A stretch of 64,000 bases of DNA from Eledone cirrhosa (taxonomy: Eukaryota): positions 411,742,001-411,806,000 of the forward strand of contig OZ024741.1 of the NCBI GenBank assembly GCA_964016885.1, in the 5' to 3' direction. The position numbers were made by a program, and so were the translations under genes. The notes beneath the pieces were generated by a model that saw nothing but the letters and a program-made list of their open reading frames with translations, did not search any database and was not told where the DNA came from. The stretch's first letter is position 1; every line of letters starts with the position of its first letter. Shown here one piece after another: positions 34,010 to 49,500 of this stretch.

Positions 34010-34555
34010 ATAATAATATATAAGGAACAAAGAATCAGTGTTGTATCATATACATATTTAATTACATATTACATATGTTTCACTGTCAATCAGCTCAAGG
34101 AACGATCGATTAATGATTGATCCTGACCCTGGAATCGGAAGCCTCTCAGATTTGTGTTCACATGTAGACTCGTGCCTAAGACTGTTTGGATAGTTAGATA
34201 GTTATTATTTTTTTATTTTTTAAATTTCTTTATTCTCTTTGTACTTACTTCAAAAGACTATAACAGCAGACTTCCAGAAGACCGGTGTCTACGCATGAAT
34301 GGCTTCGGTATGAGACCAGCGTAAGATGTTGTCTTGACTAAGAAATGGCAGTAATAGTTGCTGAGTTCTAGGTCGTTCTCTCCACTGAGATTGGACCAAA
34401 TACAATTTAACAGGATGAATATGACATTTTCCTTTAGCAGAGTGTGTGGCAGCGAGTCTACATGTGAAGGAACTTCTGAAACATATGTAATATTAAATAT
34501 ATATGATGCAACACTGATTTTTTGTTCCCTTATATATTATTAACATTATTATTAT
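34010..34555. repeat. Older imperfect inverted repeat (arms ~34010-34177 and ~34447-34555)
   Basis: TTCACATGTAGACTCG / CGAGTCTACATGTGAA and ATTACATATGTTTCA / TGAAACATATGTAAT pair; flanked by AT microsatellites. Confidence 0.75.
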
Positions 34556-34565
34556 ATATGTGTGA

Positions 34566-34629
<64 letters not shown>

Positions 34630-34724
34630 CCTGAGCTCTTTAGATGGTAAGAGACCTATAAAACAATGAAAGTTCCTAAAAGGACCTTTAAGTTTGGAAA
34701 AATCCAATAACTTCCCATGCTCTT

Positions 34725-35081
34725 CATCATCATCATCATCATCATCATCAACGTTTAACGTCCGTGTTCCACGCTTGCATGGGTTTGGACGGGGGTAGTC
34801 CCACTTGAGGCAAGAGTGATTGTCTTGCTCGCATAGGACTGTCTGGCAGGTTTTCTACAGTTGGATGCCCTTCCTAACACCAACCACATTTACAGTGTGG
34901 GTCTGGGAGGTTTTTACCGTGTTGCCTACACGGCCACATTACAGCGTGGACTGTGTGTTTTTTTGTCGTGACACCTACACGATCTCATTTGTTTCGGCCT
35001 CGATGGCGCGGCACCAACATAACTTTACATAGAACGGGGTGGTGTGGATCGGGTGGGGGTGGGGGTGGTGGGACGGGGTCT

Positions 35082-35145
<64 letters not shown>

Positions 35146-35415
35146 GTTGGTGTCACAACATCCAGCTCGAAACAAATGAGATCGTGTAGGTGTCACGACA
35201 AAAACACAGTCTACGCTATAATGTGGCCGTGTAGGTAACACGGTAAAAACCTCCCAGTTCCACACTGTAAATGTGGTTGGTGTTAGGAAGGGCATCCAGC
35301 CGTAGAAAACCCGCCAGACAGTCCTATGTGAGCAAGACAACCACTCTTGCCTCAAGTGGGAAAACTCCCGTCCAAACCCATGCAAGCGTGGAATATGGAC
35401 GTTAAACGATGATGA
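34725..35415. mobile_element. Two RTE-tail SINE/3' UTR copies in inverted orientation around a (TA)n tract
   Basis: ~34740-35025 is closely the reverse complement of ~35143-35415. Confidence 0.85.
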
Positions 35416-35719
35416 TATATACGAGCAAGACAAGGTCAGCCGACTGGACACTGCCCACAACAGGACAACCCGTCTAACCCATGCCTGCGTGGAAGAACGG
35501 ACGTAAAACGGTGATGATGATATATATATATATATATTATATATATATAGAGAGAGAGAGAGAGAGAAATTTTTATAAACAGATACAAATGAAATCTACC
35601 ACATCATAGAAAGGAAATACATGGCTGTTAATTTCAAGTTTAGCATTCTCTCTCTCACTCTCTCTTCATTCTTTCTTCATCTCTCTCTCTTCATCTCTCT
35701 CTATCCATCTATTGAATTA

Positions 35720-36870
35720 GGCTGGCTAGATCAGACTGGATCGGATTGGATTGGACAAATATTAATCTTTCTAATTCAGTCCGATCTGACCTGGCTAAAT
35801 CTCATCTGATTTAATACAATTGGATGCAACACATGTTTATCCGGCCAGACCATTTTGATCAGTTTCGAGCTGGTCTGGAGAAATCCGATCTGCTCCAATG
35901 CAATCTGGTCTGAGCTGATCCGATCTGAAGCAATCTGGTCTGAGCTGATCTGGTTTGATCGAATCCAGTTTGATCCAATCTGGTGTGATCTGATTTGGTT
36001 TGATCCAATCTGGTGTGATCTGATTTGGTTTGATCCAATCTGGTGTGATCTGATTTGGTTTGATCCAATCTGGTGTGATCTGATTCGGTTTGATCCAATC
36101 TGGTGTGATCTGATTCGGTTTGATCCAATCCAGTTTGATCCAATCTGGTGTGATCTGATTTGGTTTGATCCAATCTGGTGTGATCTGATTTGGTTTGATC
36201 CAATCTGGTGTGATCTGATTTGGTTTGATCCAATCTGGTGTGATCTGATTCGGTTTGATCCAATCTGGTGTGATCTGATTCGGTTTGATCCAATCTGGTG
36301 TGATCTGATTCAGTTTGATCCAATCTGGTGTGATCTGATTCGGTTTGATCCAATCTGGTGTGATCTGATTTGGTTTGATCCAATCTGGTGTGATCTGATT
36401 TGGTTTGATCCAATCTGGTGTGATCTGATTTGGTTTGATCCAATCTGGTGTGATCTGATTTGGTTTGATCCAATCTGGTGTGATCTGATTCGGTTTGATC
36501 CAATCTGGTGTGATCTGATTCGGTTTGATCCAATCCAGTTTGATCAAATCTCGTTTGATCTGATCCAGTTGGATCCGATCCGGTTTGGCCTGATCCAATG
36601 TGATCTGATCCAATGTCATCTGATCCAGTGTGATCTGGTTTGGTTTGATCCAGTGTGATTCGATCCAATTTGACCTGATATGATCTGATCCAACCCAGTC
36701 TGGTCTGATCTGACCCAATCCGAACAGATCTGATCACTTCCAGAGCAATTTGATCCCAATCCGATCTGTTCTAGTCCGGTCTGGTCTGGTCTGGTCCGAT
36801 TCAATCCAGTTGGTCTGATTTGATCAGATTCGGACCGACCCGGTCCAATCTAATCTTGTTCAGATCCGGA
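35720..36870. repeat. Pentamer-based (TGATC/TGGTT/CAATC) satellite with a homogeneous 30-bp higher-order core
   Basis: Core unit TGATCCAATCTGGTGTGATCTGATT(T/C)GGTT at ~35970-36540, with degenerate 5-bp periodic flanks. Confidence 0.93.
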
Positions 36871-37293
36871 GAAGGATGAACTCTACCAGGTTTAAGATGC
36901 CCAAGACGTGTTGTATTGCTCATCTTGTTCCCATATCAAAATTGCTTCATATTCCATTCTCACATTCCTTCTTTCAGTTCAAAACTTTAGAAAGTGCAGA
37001 CAGCCAAGATAAATGTCACATGTCAATTTGTCCTATGCTTTAACAACTCTGCCAAAGACATATGTTTTACCATATTCACAATGAAAAAGGCAGCTTATGT
37101 TTTTCAAATTACTTTGAAAATAACAACAAACTGGGAGGGATTCAGTAATATAATAACCTGTCCTGTCTCTTTTGAAGTAAATAAAACCCTGCTGCCACCG
37201 CATCTTCTTTTTCTTCTTCTTCTTCCCTATCAGCACTATTTCCTCCCCTCTCCTCATCTCTGGTCTCTATAATGAAATATGGTAATGAAAGGG

Positions 37294-37508
37294 TTAACCC
37301 TTTAGTATTTACATTACTCTATATTTACTATTGTATTTTCATGGTAAAGGCTTTACCTCACATATATATATATCACATAATATCGAAGCTATGAGATTTT
37401 GATGTTATTTATTTTGAGAACAATACCTTAACATAAGTATGAATGGAACAGTTTGAACAGAAAGAGGTGAGAGGATTCTGGCCGGATATGGCCGGTTTAA
37501 ATGTTTAA
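37294..37508. mobile_element. piggyBac-like MITE (copy of 18037-18264, right TIR damaged)
   Basis: TTAA-CCCTTTAGTATTTACATTACTCT... aligns along its length to 18037-18250. Confidence 0.85.
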
Positions 37509-40500
37509 ACAACATAGACAGTGTCTTACATTAGAAATATGGCAATGAAAGGGTTAAACATCATAGACAGTGTCTTACATAAGAAATATGGTAATGGAAG
37601 GGTTAAACAACATAGACAGTGTCTTACATTAGAAATATGGTAATGAAAGGGTTAAACAACATAGACAGTGTCTTTCATTAGAAATATGGTAATGGAAGGG
37701 TTAAACAACATAGACAGTGTCTTACATTAGAAATATGATAATGAAAGGGTTAAACAACATAGACAGTGTCTTACATTAGAAATATGGTAATGAACATAGA
37801 CAGTGTCTTACATTAGAAATATGGTAATGAAAGGGTTAAACAACATAGACAGTGTCTTATATTAGAAATATGGAAATGAAAGGGTTAAACAACATAGACA
37901 GTGTCTTACATTAGAAATATGATAATGAAAGGGTTAAACAACATAGACAGTGTCTTACATTAGAAATATGTTAATGAACATAGACAGTGTCTTACATTAG
38001 AAATATGGTAATGAAAGGGTTAAACAACATAGACAGTGTCTTACATTAGAAATATGGTAATGAAAGGGTTAAACAACATAGAGAGTGTCTTACATTAGAA
38101 ATATGGTAATGAAAGGGTTAAACAACATAGACAGTGTCTTACATTAGAAATATGGTAATGAAAGGGTTAAACAACATAGAGAGTGTCTTACATTAGAAAT
38201 ATGGTAATGAAAGGGTTAAACAACATAGACAGTGTCTTACATTACAAATATGATAATGAAAGGGTTAAACAGCATATACAGTGTCTTACATTAGAAATAT
38301 GGTAATGAAAGGGTTAAACAACATAGACAGTGTCTTACATTAGAAATATGGTAATGAAAGGGTTAAACAACATAGAGAGTGTCTTACATTAGAAATATGG
38401 TAATGAAAGGGTTAAACAACATAGACAGTGTCTTACATTAGAAGTATAGTAATGAAAGAGTTAAAGACATAGACTGTCTTTCATTAGAAATAGGGTAATG
38501 AAAGGGTTAAACAACATACACAGTGTCTTTAATTAGAAATATGATAATGAAAGGGTTAAACAACATACACAGTGTATATGGTAATGAAAGGGTTAAGTAA
38601 CATAGACAGTGTCTTTAATTAGAAATATGATAATGAAAGGGTTAAACAACATAGACAGTGTCTTACATTAGAAATATAGTAATGAAAGAGTTAAAGACAT
38701 AGACTGTCTTACATTAGAAATATGGTAATGAAAGGGTTAAACAACATAGACTGTCTTTAATTAGAAATATGGTAATGAAAGGGTTAAACAATATAGAGAG
38801 TGTCTTACATTAGAAATATGATAATGAAAGGGTTAAACAACATAGACAGTGTCTTACATTAGAAATATGGTAATGAAAGGGTTAAACAACATAGACAGTG
38901 TCTTACATTAGAAATATGATAATGAAAGGGTTAAACAACATAGACAGTGTCTTACATTAGAAATATAGTAATGAAAGAGTTAAAGACATAGACTGTCTTA
39001 CATTAGAAATATGGTAATGAAAGGGTTAAACAACATAGACAGTGTCTTACATTAGAAATATGGTAATGAAAGGGTTAAACAACATAGACAGTGTCTTACA
39101 TTAGAAATATGGTAATGAAAGGGTTAAACAACATAGACAGTGTCTTACATTAGAAATATGATAATGAAAGGGTTAAACAACATAGACAGTGTTACATTAG
39201 AAATATGGTAATGAAAGAGTTAAACAACATAGACAGTGTCTTACATTAGAAATATGGTAATGAAAGGGTTAAACAACATAGACAGTGTCTTACATTAGAA
39301 ATATGGTAATGAAAGGGTTAAACAACATAGACAGTGTCTTACATTAGAAATATGATAATGAAAGGGTTAAACAACATAGACAGTGTCTTACATTAGAAAT
39401 ATGATAATGAAAGGGTTAAACAACATAGACAGTGTCTTACATTAGAAATATGGTAATGAAAGGGTTAAACAACATAGACAGTGTCTTACATTAGAAATAT
39501 GATAATGAAAGGGTTAAACAACATAGACAGTGTCTTACATTAGAAATATGTAATGAAAGGGTTGAACAACATAGACAGTGTCTTACATCAGAAATATGGT
39601 AATGAAATTGTTAAACAACATAGACAGTGTCTTACACTAGAAATATGATAATGAAAGGGTTAACCAACATAGACACTGTCTTACATTAGAAATAAGATAA
39701 TGAAAGGGTTAAACAACATATACAGTGTCTTACATTAGAAATATGATAATGAAAGGGTTAAACAACATAGATTGTCTTACATTAGAAATATGATAATGAA
39801 AGGGTTAAACAACATAGACAGTGTCTTACATTACAAATATGATAATGAAAGGGTTAACCAACATATACAGTGTCTTACATTAGAAATATGGTAATGAAAG
39901 GGTTAAACAACATAGACAGTGTCTTACATTAGAAATATGGTAATGAAAGGGTTAAACAACATAGAGAGTGTCTTACATTAGAAATATGGTAATGAAAGGG
40001 TTAAACAACATAGACAGTGTCTTACATTAGAAGTATAGTAATGAAAGAGTTAAAGACATAGACTGTCTTTCATTAGAAATATGATAATGAAAGGGTTAAA
40101 CAACAGACAGTGTCTTACATTAGAAATATGGTAATGAAAGGGTTAAACAACATAGACAGTGTCTTACATTAGAAATATGATAATGAAAGGGTTAAACAAC
40201 ATAGACAGTGTCTTACACTAGAAATATGATAATGAAAGGGTTAACCAACATAGACAGTGTCTTACATTAGAAATAAGATAATGAAAGGGTTGAACAACAT
40301 AGACAGTGTCTTACATTAGAAATATGGTAATGAAATTGTTAAACAACATATACAGTGTCTTACATTAGAAATATGGTAATGAAAGGGTTAAACAACATAG
40401 ACAGTGTCTTACATTAGAAATATGATAATGAAAGGGTTAAACAACATAGACTCTCTTACATTAGAAATATGATAATGAAAGGGTTAAACAACATAGACAG

Positions 40501-43500
40501 TGTCTTACATTAGAAATATGATAATGAAATGGTTAAACAACATATACAGTGTCTTACATTAGAAATATGGTAATGAAAGGGTTAAACAACATAGACAGTG
40601 TCTTACATTAGAAATATGGTAATGAAAGGGTTAAACAACATAGACATTGTCTTACATTAGAAATATGGTAATGAAATGGTTAAACAACATAGACAATGTC
40701 TTACATTAGAAATATGATAATGAAAGGGTTAAACAACATAGACATTGTCTTACATTAGAAATATGGTAATGAAATGGTTAAACAACATAGACAATGTGTT
40801 ACATTAGAAATATAGTAATGAAAGGGTTAAACAACATAGACAGTGTCTTACATTAGAAATATGGTAATGAAAGGGTTAAACAACATAGACAGTGTCTTAC
40901 ATTAGAAATATGGTAATGAAAGGGTTAAACAACATAGACAGTGTCTTACATTAGAAATATGATAATGAAAGGGTTAAACAACATATACAGTGTCTTACAT
41001 TAGAAATATGGTAATGAAATGGTTAAACAACATATACAGTGTCTTACATGAGAAATATGGTAATGGAAGGGTTAAACAACAAAAACAGTGTCTTACATTA
41101 GAAATATGGTAATGGAAGGGTTAAACAACATAGACAGTGTTTTACATTAGAAATATGGTAATGAAAGGGTTAAACAACATAGACAGTGTCTTTCATTAGA
41201 AATATGGTAATGGAAGGGTTAAACAACATAGACAGTGTCTTACATTAGAAATATGATAATGAAAGGGTTAAACAACATAGACAGTGTCTTACATTAGAAA
41301 TATGGTAATGAAAGGGTTAAACAACATAGACAGTGTCTTACATTAGAAATATGATAATTAAAGGGTTAAACAGCATAGACAGTGTCTTACATTAGAAATA
41401 TGATAATGAAAGGGTTAAACAACAGACAGTGTCTTACATTATAAATATGGTAATGAAAGGGTTAAACAACATAGACAGTGTCTTACATTAGAAATATGAT
41501 AATGAAAGGGTTAAACAACATAGACTCTCTTACATTAGAAATATGATAATGAAAGGGATAAACAACATAGACAGTGTCTTACATTAGAAATATGATAATG
41601 AAAGGGTTAAACAACATAGACAGTGTCTTACATTAGAAATATGTAATGAAAGGGTTGAACAACATAGACAGTGTCTTACATCAGAAATATGGTAATGAAA
41701 TTGTTAAACAACATAGACAGTGTCTTACACTAGAAATATGATAATGAAAGGGTTAACCAACATAGACAGTGTCTTACATTAGAAATAAGATAATGAAAGG
41801 GTTAAACAACATAGACAGTGTCTTACATTAGAAATATGATAATGAAAGGGTTAAACAACATAGACTGTCTTACATTAGAAATATGATAATGAAAGGGTTA
41901 AACAACATAGACAGTGTCTTACATTAGAAATATGGTAATGAAATGGTTAAACAACATATACAGTGTCTTACATTAGAAATATGGTAATGAAAGGGTTAAA
42001 CAACATAGACAGTGTCTTACATTAGAAATATGATAATGAAAGGGTTAAACAACATAGACTCTCTTACATTAGAAATATGATAATGAAAGGGTTAAACAAC
42101 ATAGACAGTGTCTTACATTAGAAATATGATAATGAAATGGTTAAACAACATATACAGTGTCTTACATTAGAAATATGGTAATGAAAGGGTTAAACAACAT
42201 AGACAGTGTCTTACATTAGAAATATGGTAATGAAAGGGTTAAACAACATAGACATTGTCTTACATTAGAAATATGGTAATGAAATGGTTAAACAACATAG
42301 ACAATGTCTTACATTAGAAATATGATAATGAAAGGGTTAAACAACATAGACATTGTCTTACATTAGAAATATGGTAATGAAATGGTTAAACAACATAGAC
42401 AATGTGTTACATTAGAAATATGTAATGAAAGGGTTCAACAACATATACAGTGTCTTACATTAGAAATATGGTAATGGAAGGGTTAAACAACAAAGACAGT
42501 GTCTTACATTAGAAATATGGTAATGGAAGGGTTAAACAACATAGACAGTGTCTTACATTAGAAATATGGTAATGAAATGGTTAAACAACATAGACAGTGT
42601 CTTACATTAGAAATATGGAAATGAAAGGGTTAAACAACATAGACAGTGTCTTACATTAGAAATATGATAATGAAAGGGTTAAACAACATAGACAGTGTCT
42701 TACATTAGAAATATGTTAATGAACATAGACTGTGTCTTACATTAGAAATATGGTAATGAAAGGGTTAAACAACATAGACAGTGTCTTACATTAGAAATAT
42801 GATAATGAAATGGTTAAACAACATATACAGTGTCTTACATTAGAAATATGGTAATGAAAGGGTTAAACAACATAGACAGTGTCTTACATTAGAAATATGG
42901 TAATGAAAGGGTTAAACAACATAGAGAGTGTCTTACATTAGAAATATGGTAATGAAAGGGTTAAACAACATAGACTGTCTTACATTAGAAATATGGTAAT
43001 GAAAGGGTTAAACAACATAGACAGTGTCTTACATTAGAAATATGATAATGAAAGGGTTACACAACATAGACAGTGTCTTACATTAGAAATATGATAATGA
43101 AAGGGTTAAACAACATAGACTGTCTTACATTAGAAATATGATAATGAAAGGGTTAAACAACATAGACAGTGTCTTACATTAGAAATATGGTAGTGAAAGG
43201 GTTAAACAACATAGACAGTGTCTTACATTAGAAATATGGTAATGAAAGGATTAAACAACATAGACATTGTCTTTCATTAGAAATATGGTAATGAAAGGAT
43301 TAAACAACATAGACAGTGTCTTACATTAGAAATATGGTAATGAAAGGGTTAAACAACATAGACAGTGTCTTACATTAGAAATATGGTAATGAAATGGTTA
43401 AACAACATATACAGTGTCTTACATTAAAAATATGGTAATGAAAGGGTTAAACAACATAGACAGTGTCTTACATTAGAAATATGATAATGAAAGGGTTAAA

Positions 43501-46500
43501 CAACATAGACTCTCTTACATTAGAAATATGATAATGAAAGGGTTAAACAACATAGACAGTGTCTTACATTAGAAATATAGTAATGAAAGAGTTAAAGACA
43601 TAGACTGTCTTACATTAGAAATATGGTAATGAAAGGGTTAAACAACATAGACAGTGTCTTACATTAGAAATATGGTAATGAAAGGGTTAAACAACATAGA
43701 CAGTGTCTTACATTAGAAATATGGTAATGAAAGGGTTAAACAACATAGACAGTGTCTTACATTAGAAATATGATAATGAAAGGGTTAAACAACATAGACA
43801 GTGTTACATTAGAAATATGGTAATGAAAGAGTTAAACAACATAGACAGTGTCTTACATTAGAAATATGGTAATGAAAGGGTTAAACAACATAGACAGTGT
43901 CTTACATTAGAAATATGGTAATGAAAGGGTTAAACAACATAGACAGTGTCTTACATTAGAAATATGATAATGAAAGGGTTAAACAACATAGACAGTGTCT
44001 TACATTAGAAATATGATAATGAAAGGGTTAAACAACATAGACAGTGTCTTACATTAGAAATATGGTAATGAAAGGGTTAAACAACATAGACAGTGTCTTA
44101 CATTAGAAATATGATAATGAAAGGGTTAAACAACATAGACAGTGTCTTACATTAGAAATATGTAATGAAAGGGTTGAACAACATAGACAGTGTCTTACAT
44201 CAGAAATATGGTAATGAAATCGTTAAACAACATAGACAGTGTCTTACACTAGAAATATGATAATGAAAGGGTTAACCAACATAGACACTGTCTTACATTA
44301 GAAATAAGATAATGAAAGGGTTAAACAACATATACAGTGTCTTACATTAGAAATATGATAATGAAGGGGTTAAACAACATAGATTGTCTTACATTAGAAA
44401 TATGATAATGAAAGGGTTAAACAACATAGACAGTGTCTTACATTACAAATATGATAATGAAAGGGTTAACCAACATATACAGTGTCTTACATTAGAAATA
44501 TGGTAATGAAAGGGTTAAACAACATAGACAGTGTCTTACATTAGAAATATGGTAATGAAAGGGTTAAACAACATAGAGAGTGTCTTACATTAGAAATATG
44601 GTAATGAAAGGGTTAAACAACATAGACAGTGTCTTACATTAGAAGTATAGTAATGAAAGAGTTAAAGACATAGACTGTCTTTCATTAGAAATATGATAAT
44701 GAAAGGGTTAAACAACAGACAGTGTCTTACATTAGAAATATGGTAATGAAAGGGTTAAACAACATAGACAGTGTCTTACATTAGAAATATGATAATGAAA
44801 GGGTTAAACAACATAGACAGTGTCTTACACTAGAAATATGATAATGAAAGGGTTAACCAACATAGACAGTGTCTTACATTAGAAATAAGATAATGAAAGG
44901 GTTGAACAACATAGACAGTGTCTTACATTAGAAATATGGTAATGAAATTGTTAAACAACATATACAGTGTCTTACATTAGAAATATGGTAATGAAAGGGT
45001 TAAACAACATAGACAGTGTCTTACATTAGAAATATGATAATGAAAGGGTTAAACAACATAGACTCTCTTACATTAGAAATATGATAATGAAAGGGTTAAA
45101 CAACATAGACAGTGTCTTACATTAGAAATATGATAATGAAATGGTTAAACAACATATACAGTGTCTTACATTAGAAATATGGTAATGAAAGGGTTAAACA
45201 ACATAGACAGTGTCTTACATTAGAAATATGGTAATGAAAGGGTTAAACAACATAGACATTGTCTTACATTAGAAATATGGTAATGAAATGGTTAAACAAC
45301 ATAGACAATGTCTTACATTAGAAATATGATAATGAAAGGGTTAAACAACATAGACATTGTCTTACATTAGAAATATGGTAATGAAATGGTTAAACAACAT
45401 AGACAATGTGTTACATTAGAAATATAGTAATGAAAGGGTTAAACAACATAGACAGTGTCTTACATTAGAAATATGGTAATGAAAGGGTTAAACAACATAG
45501 ACAGTGTCTTACATTAGAAATATGGTAATGAAAGGGTTAAACAACATAGACAGTGTCTTACATTAGAAATATGATAATGAAAGGGTTAAACAACATATAC
45601 AGTGTCTTACATTAGAAATATGGTAATGAAATGGTTAAACAACATATACAGTGTCTTACATGAGAAATATGGTAATGGAAGGGTTAAACAACAAAAACAG
45701 TGTCTTACATTAGAAATATGGTAATGGAAGGGTTAAACAACATAGACAGTGTTTTACATTAGAAATATGGTAATGAAAGGGTTAAACAACATAGACAGTG
45801 TCTTTCATTAGAAATATGGTAATGGAAGGGTTAAACAACATAGACAGTGTCTTACATTAGAAATATGATAATGAAAGGGTTAAACAACATAGACAGTGTC
45901 TTACATTAGAAATATGGTAATGAAAGGGTTAAACAACATAGACAGTGTCTTACATTAGAAATATGATAATTAAAGGGTTAAACAGCATAGACAGTGTCTT
46001 ACATTAGAAATATGATAATGAAAGGGTTAAACAACAGACAGTGTCTTACATTATAAATATGGTAATGAAAGGGTTAAACAACATAGACAGTGTCTTACAT
46101 TAGAAATATGATAATGAAAGGGTTAAACAACATAGACTCTCTTACATTAGAAATATGATAATGAAAGGGATAAACAACATAGACAGTGTCTTACATTAGA
46201 AATATGATAATGAAAGGGTTAAACAACATAGACAGTGTCTTACATTAGAAATATGTAATGAAAGGGTTGAACAACATAGACAGTGTCTTACATCAGAAAT
46301 ATGGTAATGAAATTGTTAAACAACATAGACAGTGTCTTACACTAGAAATATGATAATGAAAGGGTTAACCAACATAGACAGTGTCTTACATTAGAAATAA
46401 GATAATGAAAGGGTTAAACAACATAGACAGTGTCTTACATTAGAAATATGATAATGAAAGGGTTAAACAACATAGACTGTCTTACATTAGAAATATGATA

Positions 46501-49500
46501 ATGAAAGGGTTAAACAACATAGACAGTGTCTTACATTAGAAATATGGTAATGAAATGGTTAAACAACATATACAGTGTCTTACATTAGAAATATGGTAAT
46601 GAAAGGGTTAAACAACATAGACAGTGTCTTACATTAGAAATATGATAATGAAAGGGTTAAACAACATAGACTCTCTTACATTAGAAATATGATAATGAAA
46701 GGGTTAAACAACATAGACAGTGTCTTACATTAGAAATATGATAATGAAATGGTTAAACAACATATACAGTGTCTTACATTAGAAATATGGTAATGAAAGG
46801 GTTAAACAACATAGACAGTGTCTTACATTAGAAATATGGTAATGAAAGGGTTAAACAACATAGACATTGTCTTACATTAGAAATATGGTAATGAAATGGT
46901 TAAACAACATAGACAATGTCTTACATTAGAAATATGATAATGAAAGGGTTAAACAACATAGACATTGTCTTACATTAGAAATATGGTAATGAAATGGTTA
47001 AACAACATAGACAATGTGTTACATTAGAAATATGTAATGAAAGGGTTCAACAACATATACAGTGTCTTACATTAGAAATATGGTAATGGAAGGGTTAAAC
47101 AACAAAGACAGTGTCTTACATTAGAAATATGGTAATGGAAGGGTTAAACAACATAGACAGTGTCTTACATTAGAAATATGGTAATGAAATGGTTAAACAA
47201 CATAGACAGTGTCTTACATTAGAAATATGGAAATGAAAGGGTTAAACAACATAGACAGTGTCTTACATTAGAAATATGATAATGAAAGGGTTAAACAACA
47301 TAGACAGTGTCTTACATTAGAAATATGTTAATGAACATAGACTGTGTCTTACATTAGAAATATGGTAATGAAAGGGTTAAACAACATAGACAGTGTCTTA
47401 CATTAGAAATATGATAATGAAATGGTTAAACAACATATACAGTGTCTTACATTAGAAATATGGTAATGAAAGGGTTAAACAACATAGACAGTGTCTTACA
47501 TTAGAAATATGGTAATGAAAGGGTTAAACAACATAGAGAGTGTCTTACATTAGAAATATGGTAATGAAAGGGTTAAACAACATAGACTGTCTTACATTAG
47601 AAATATGGTAATGAAAGGGTTAAACAACATAGACAGTGTCTTACATTAGAAATATGATAATGAAAGGGTTACACAACATAGACAGTGTCTTACATTAGAA
47701 ATATGATAATGAAAGGGTTAAACAACATAGACTGTCTTACATTAGAAATATGATAATGAAAGGGTTAAACAACATAGACAGTGTCTTACATTAGAAATAT
47801 GGTAGTGAAAGGGTTAAACAACATAGACAGTGTCTTACATTAGAAATATGGTAATGAAAGGATTAAACAACATAGACATTGTCTTTCATTAGAAATATGG
47901 TAATGAAAGGATTAAACAACATAGACAGTGTCTTACATTAGAAATATGGTAATGAAAGGGTTAAACAACATAGACAGTGTCTTACATTAGAAATATGGTA
48001 ATGAAATGGTTAAACAACATATACAGTGTCTTACATTAGAAATATGGTAATGAAAGGGTTAAACAACATAGACAGTGTCTTACATTAGAAATATGATAAT
48101 GAAAGGGTTAAACAACATAGACTCTCTTACATTAGAAATATGATAATGAAAGGGTTAAACAACATAGACAGTGTCTTACATTAGAAATATGATAATGAAA
48201 TGGTTAAACAACATATACAGTGTCTTACATTAGAAATATGGTAATGAAAGGGTTAAACAACATAGACAGTGTCTTACATTAGAAATATGGTAATGAAAGG
48301 GTTAAACAACATAGACATTGTCTTACATTAGAAATATGGTAATGAAATGGTTAAACAACATAGACAATGTCTTACATTAGAAATATGATAATGCAAGGGT
48401 TAAACAACATAGACATTGTCTTACATTAGAAATATGGTAATGAAATGGTTAAACAACATAGACAATGTGTTACATTAGAAATATAGTAATGAAAGGGTTA
48501 AACAACATAGACAGTGTCTTACATTAGAAATATGGTAATGAAAGGGTTAAACAACATAGACAGTGTCTTACATTAGAAATATGGTAATGAAAGGGTTAAA
48601 CAACATAGACAGTGTCTTACATTAGAAATATGATAATGAAAGGGTTAAACAACATATACAGTGTCTTACATTAGAAATATGGTAATGAAATGGTTAAACA
48701 ACATATACAGTGTCTTATATGAGAAATATGGTAATGAAAGGGTTAAACAACATAGACAGTGTCTTACATTAGAAATATGATAATGAAAGGGTTAAACAAC
48801 ATAGACAGTGTCTTACATTACAAATATAGTAATGAAAGGGTTAAACAACATAGACAATGTCTTACATTACAAATATAGTAATGAAAGGGTTAAACAACAT
48901 AGACAGTGTCTTACATTAGAAATATGGTTATGAAAGGGTTAAACAACATAGACAGTGTCTTACATTAGAAATATGTAATGAAAGGGTTGAACAACATAGA
49001 CAGTGTCTTACATCAGAAATATGGTAATGAAATTGTTAAACAACATAGACAGTGTCTTACACTAGAAATATGATAATGAAAGGGTTAACCAACATAGACA
49101 GTGTCTTACATTAGAAATATGGTAATGAAATGGTTAAACAACATATACAGTGTCTTACATTAGAAATATGGTAATGAAAGGGTTAAACAACATAGACAGT
49201 GTCTTACATTAGAAATATGATAATGAAAGGGTTAAACAACATAGACAGTGTCTTACATTAGAAATATGGTAATGAAAGGGTTAAACAACATAGACATTGT
49301 CTTACATTAGAAATATGGTAATGAAATGGTTAAACAACATAGACAATGTCTTACATTAGAAATATGATAATGAAAGGGTTAAACAACATAGACATTGTCT
49401 TACATTAGAAATATGGTAATGAAATGGTTAAACAACATAGACAATGTGTTACATTAGAAATATGTAATGAAAGGGTTCAACAACATATACAGTGTCTTAC

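Noticed and set aside
35837-36737. Pentapeptide-repeat-like proteins (PDWIKPNQIT)n
   Set aside because: A by-product of a pentamer/30-bp satellite that is open on both strands.
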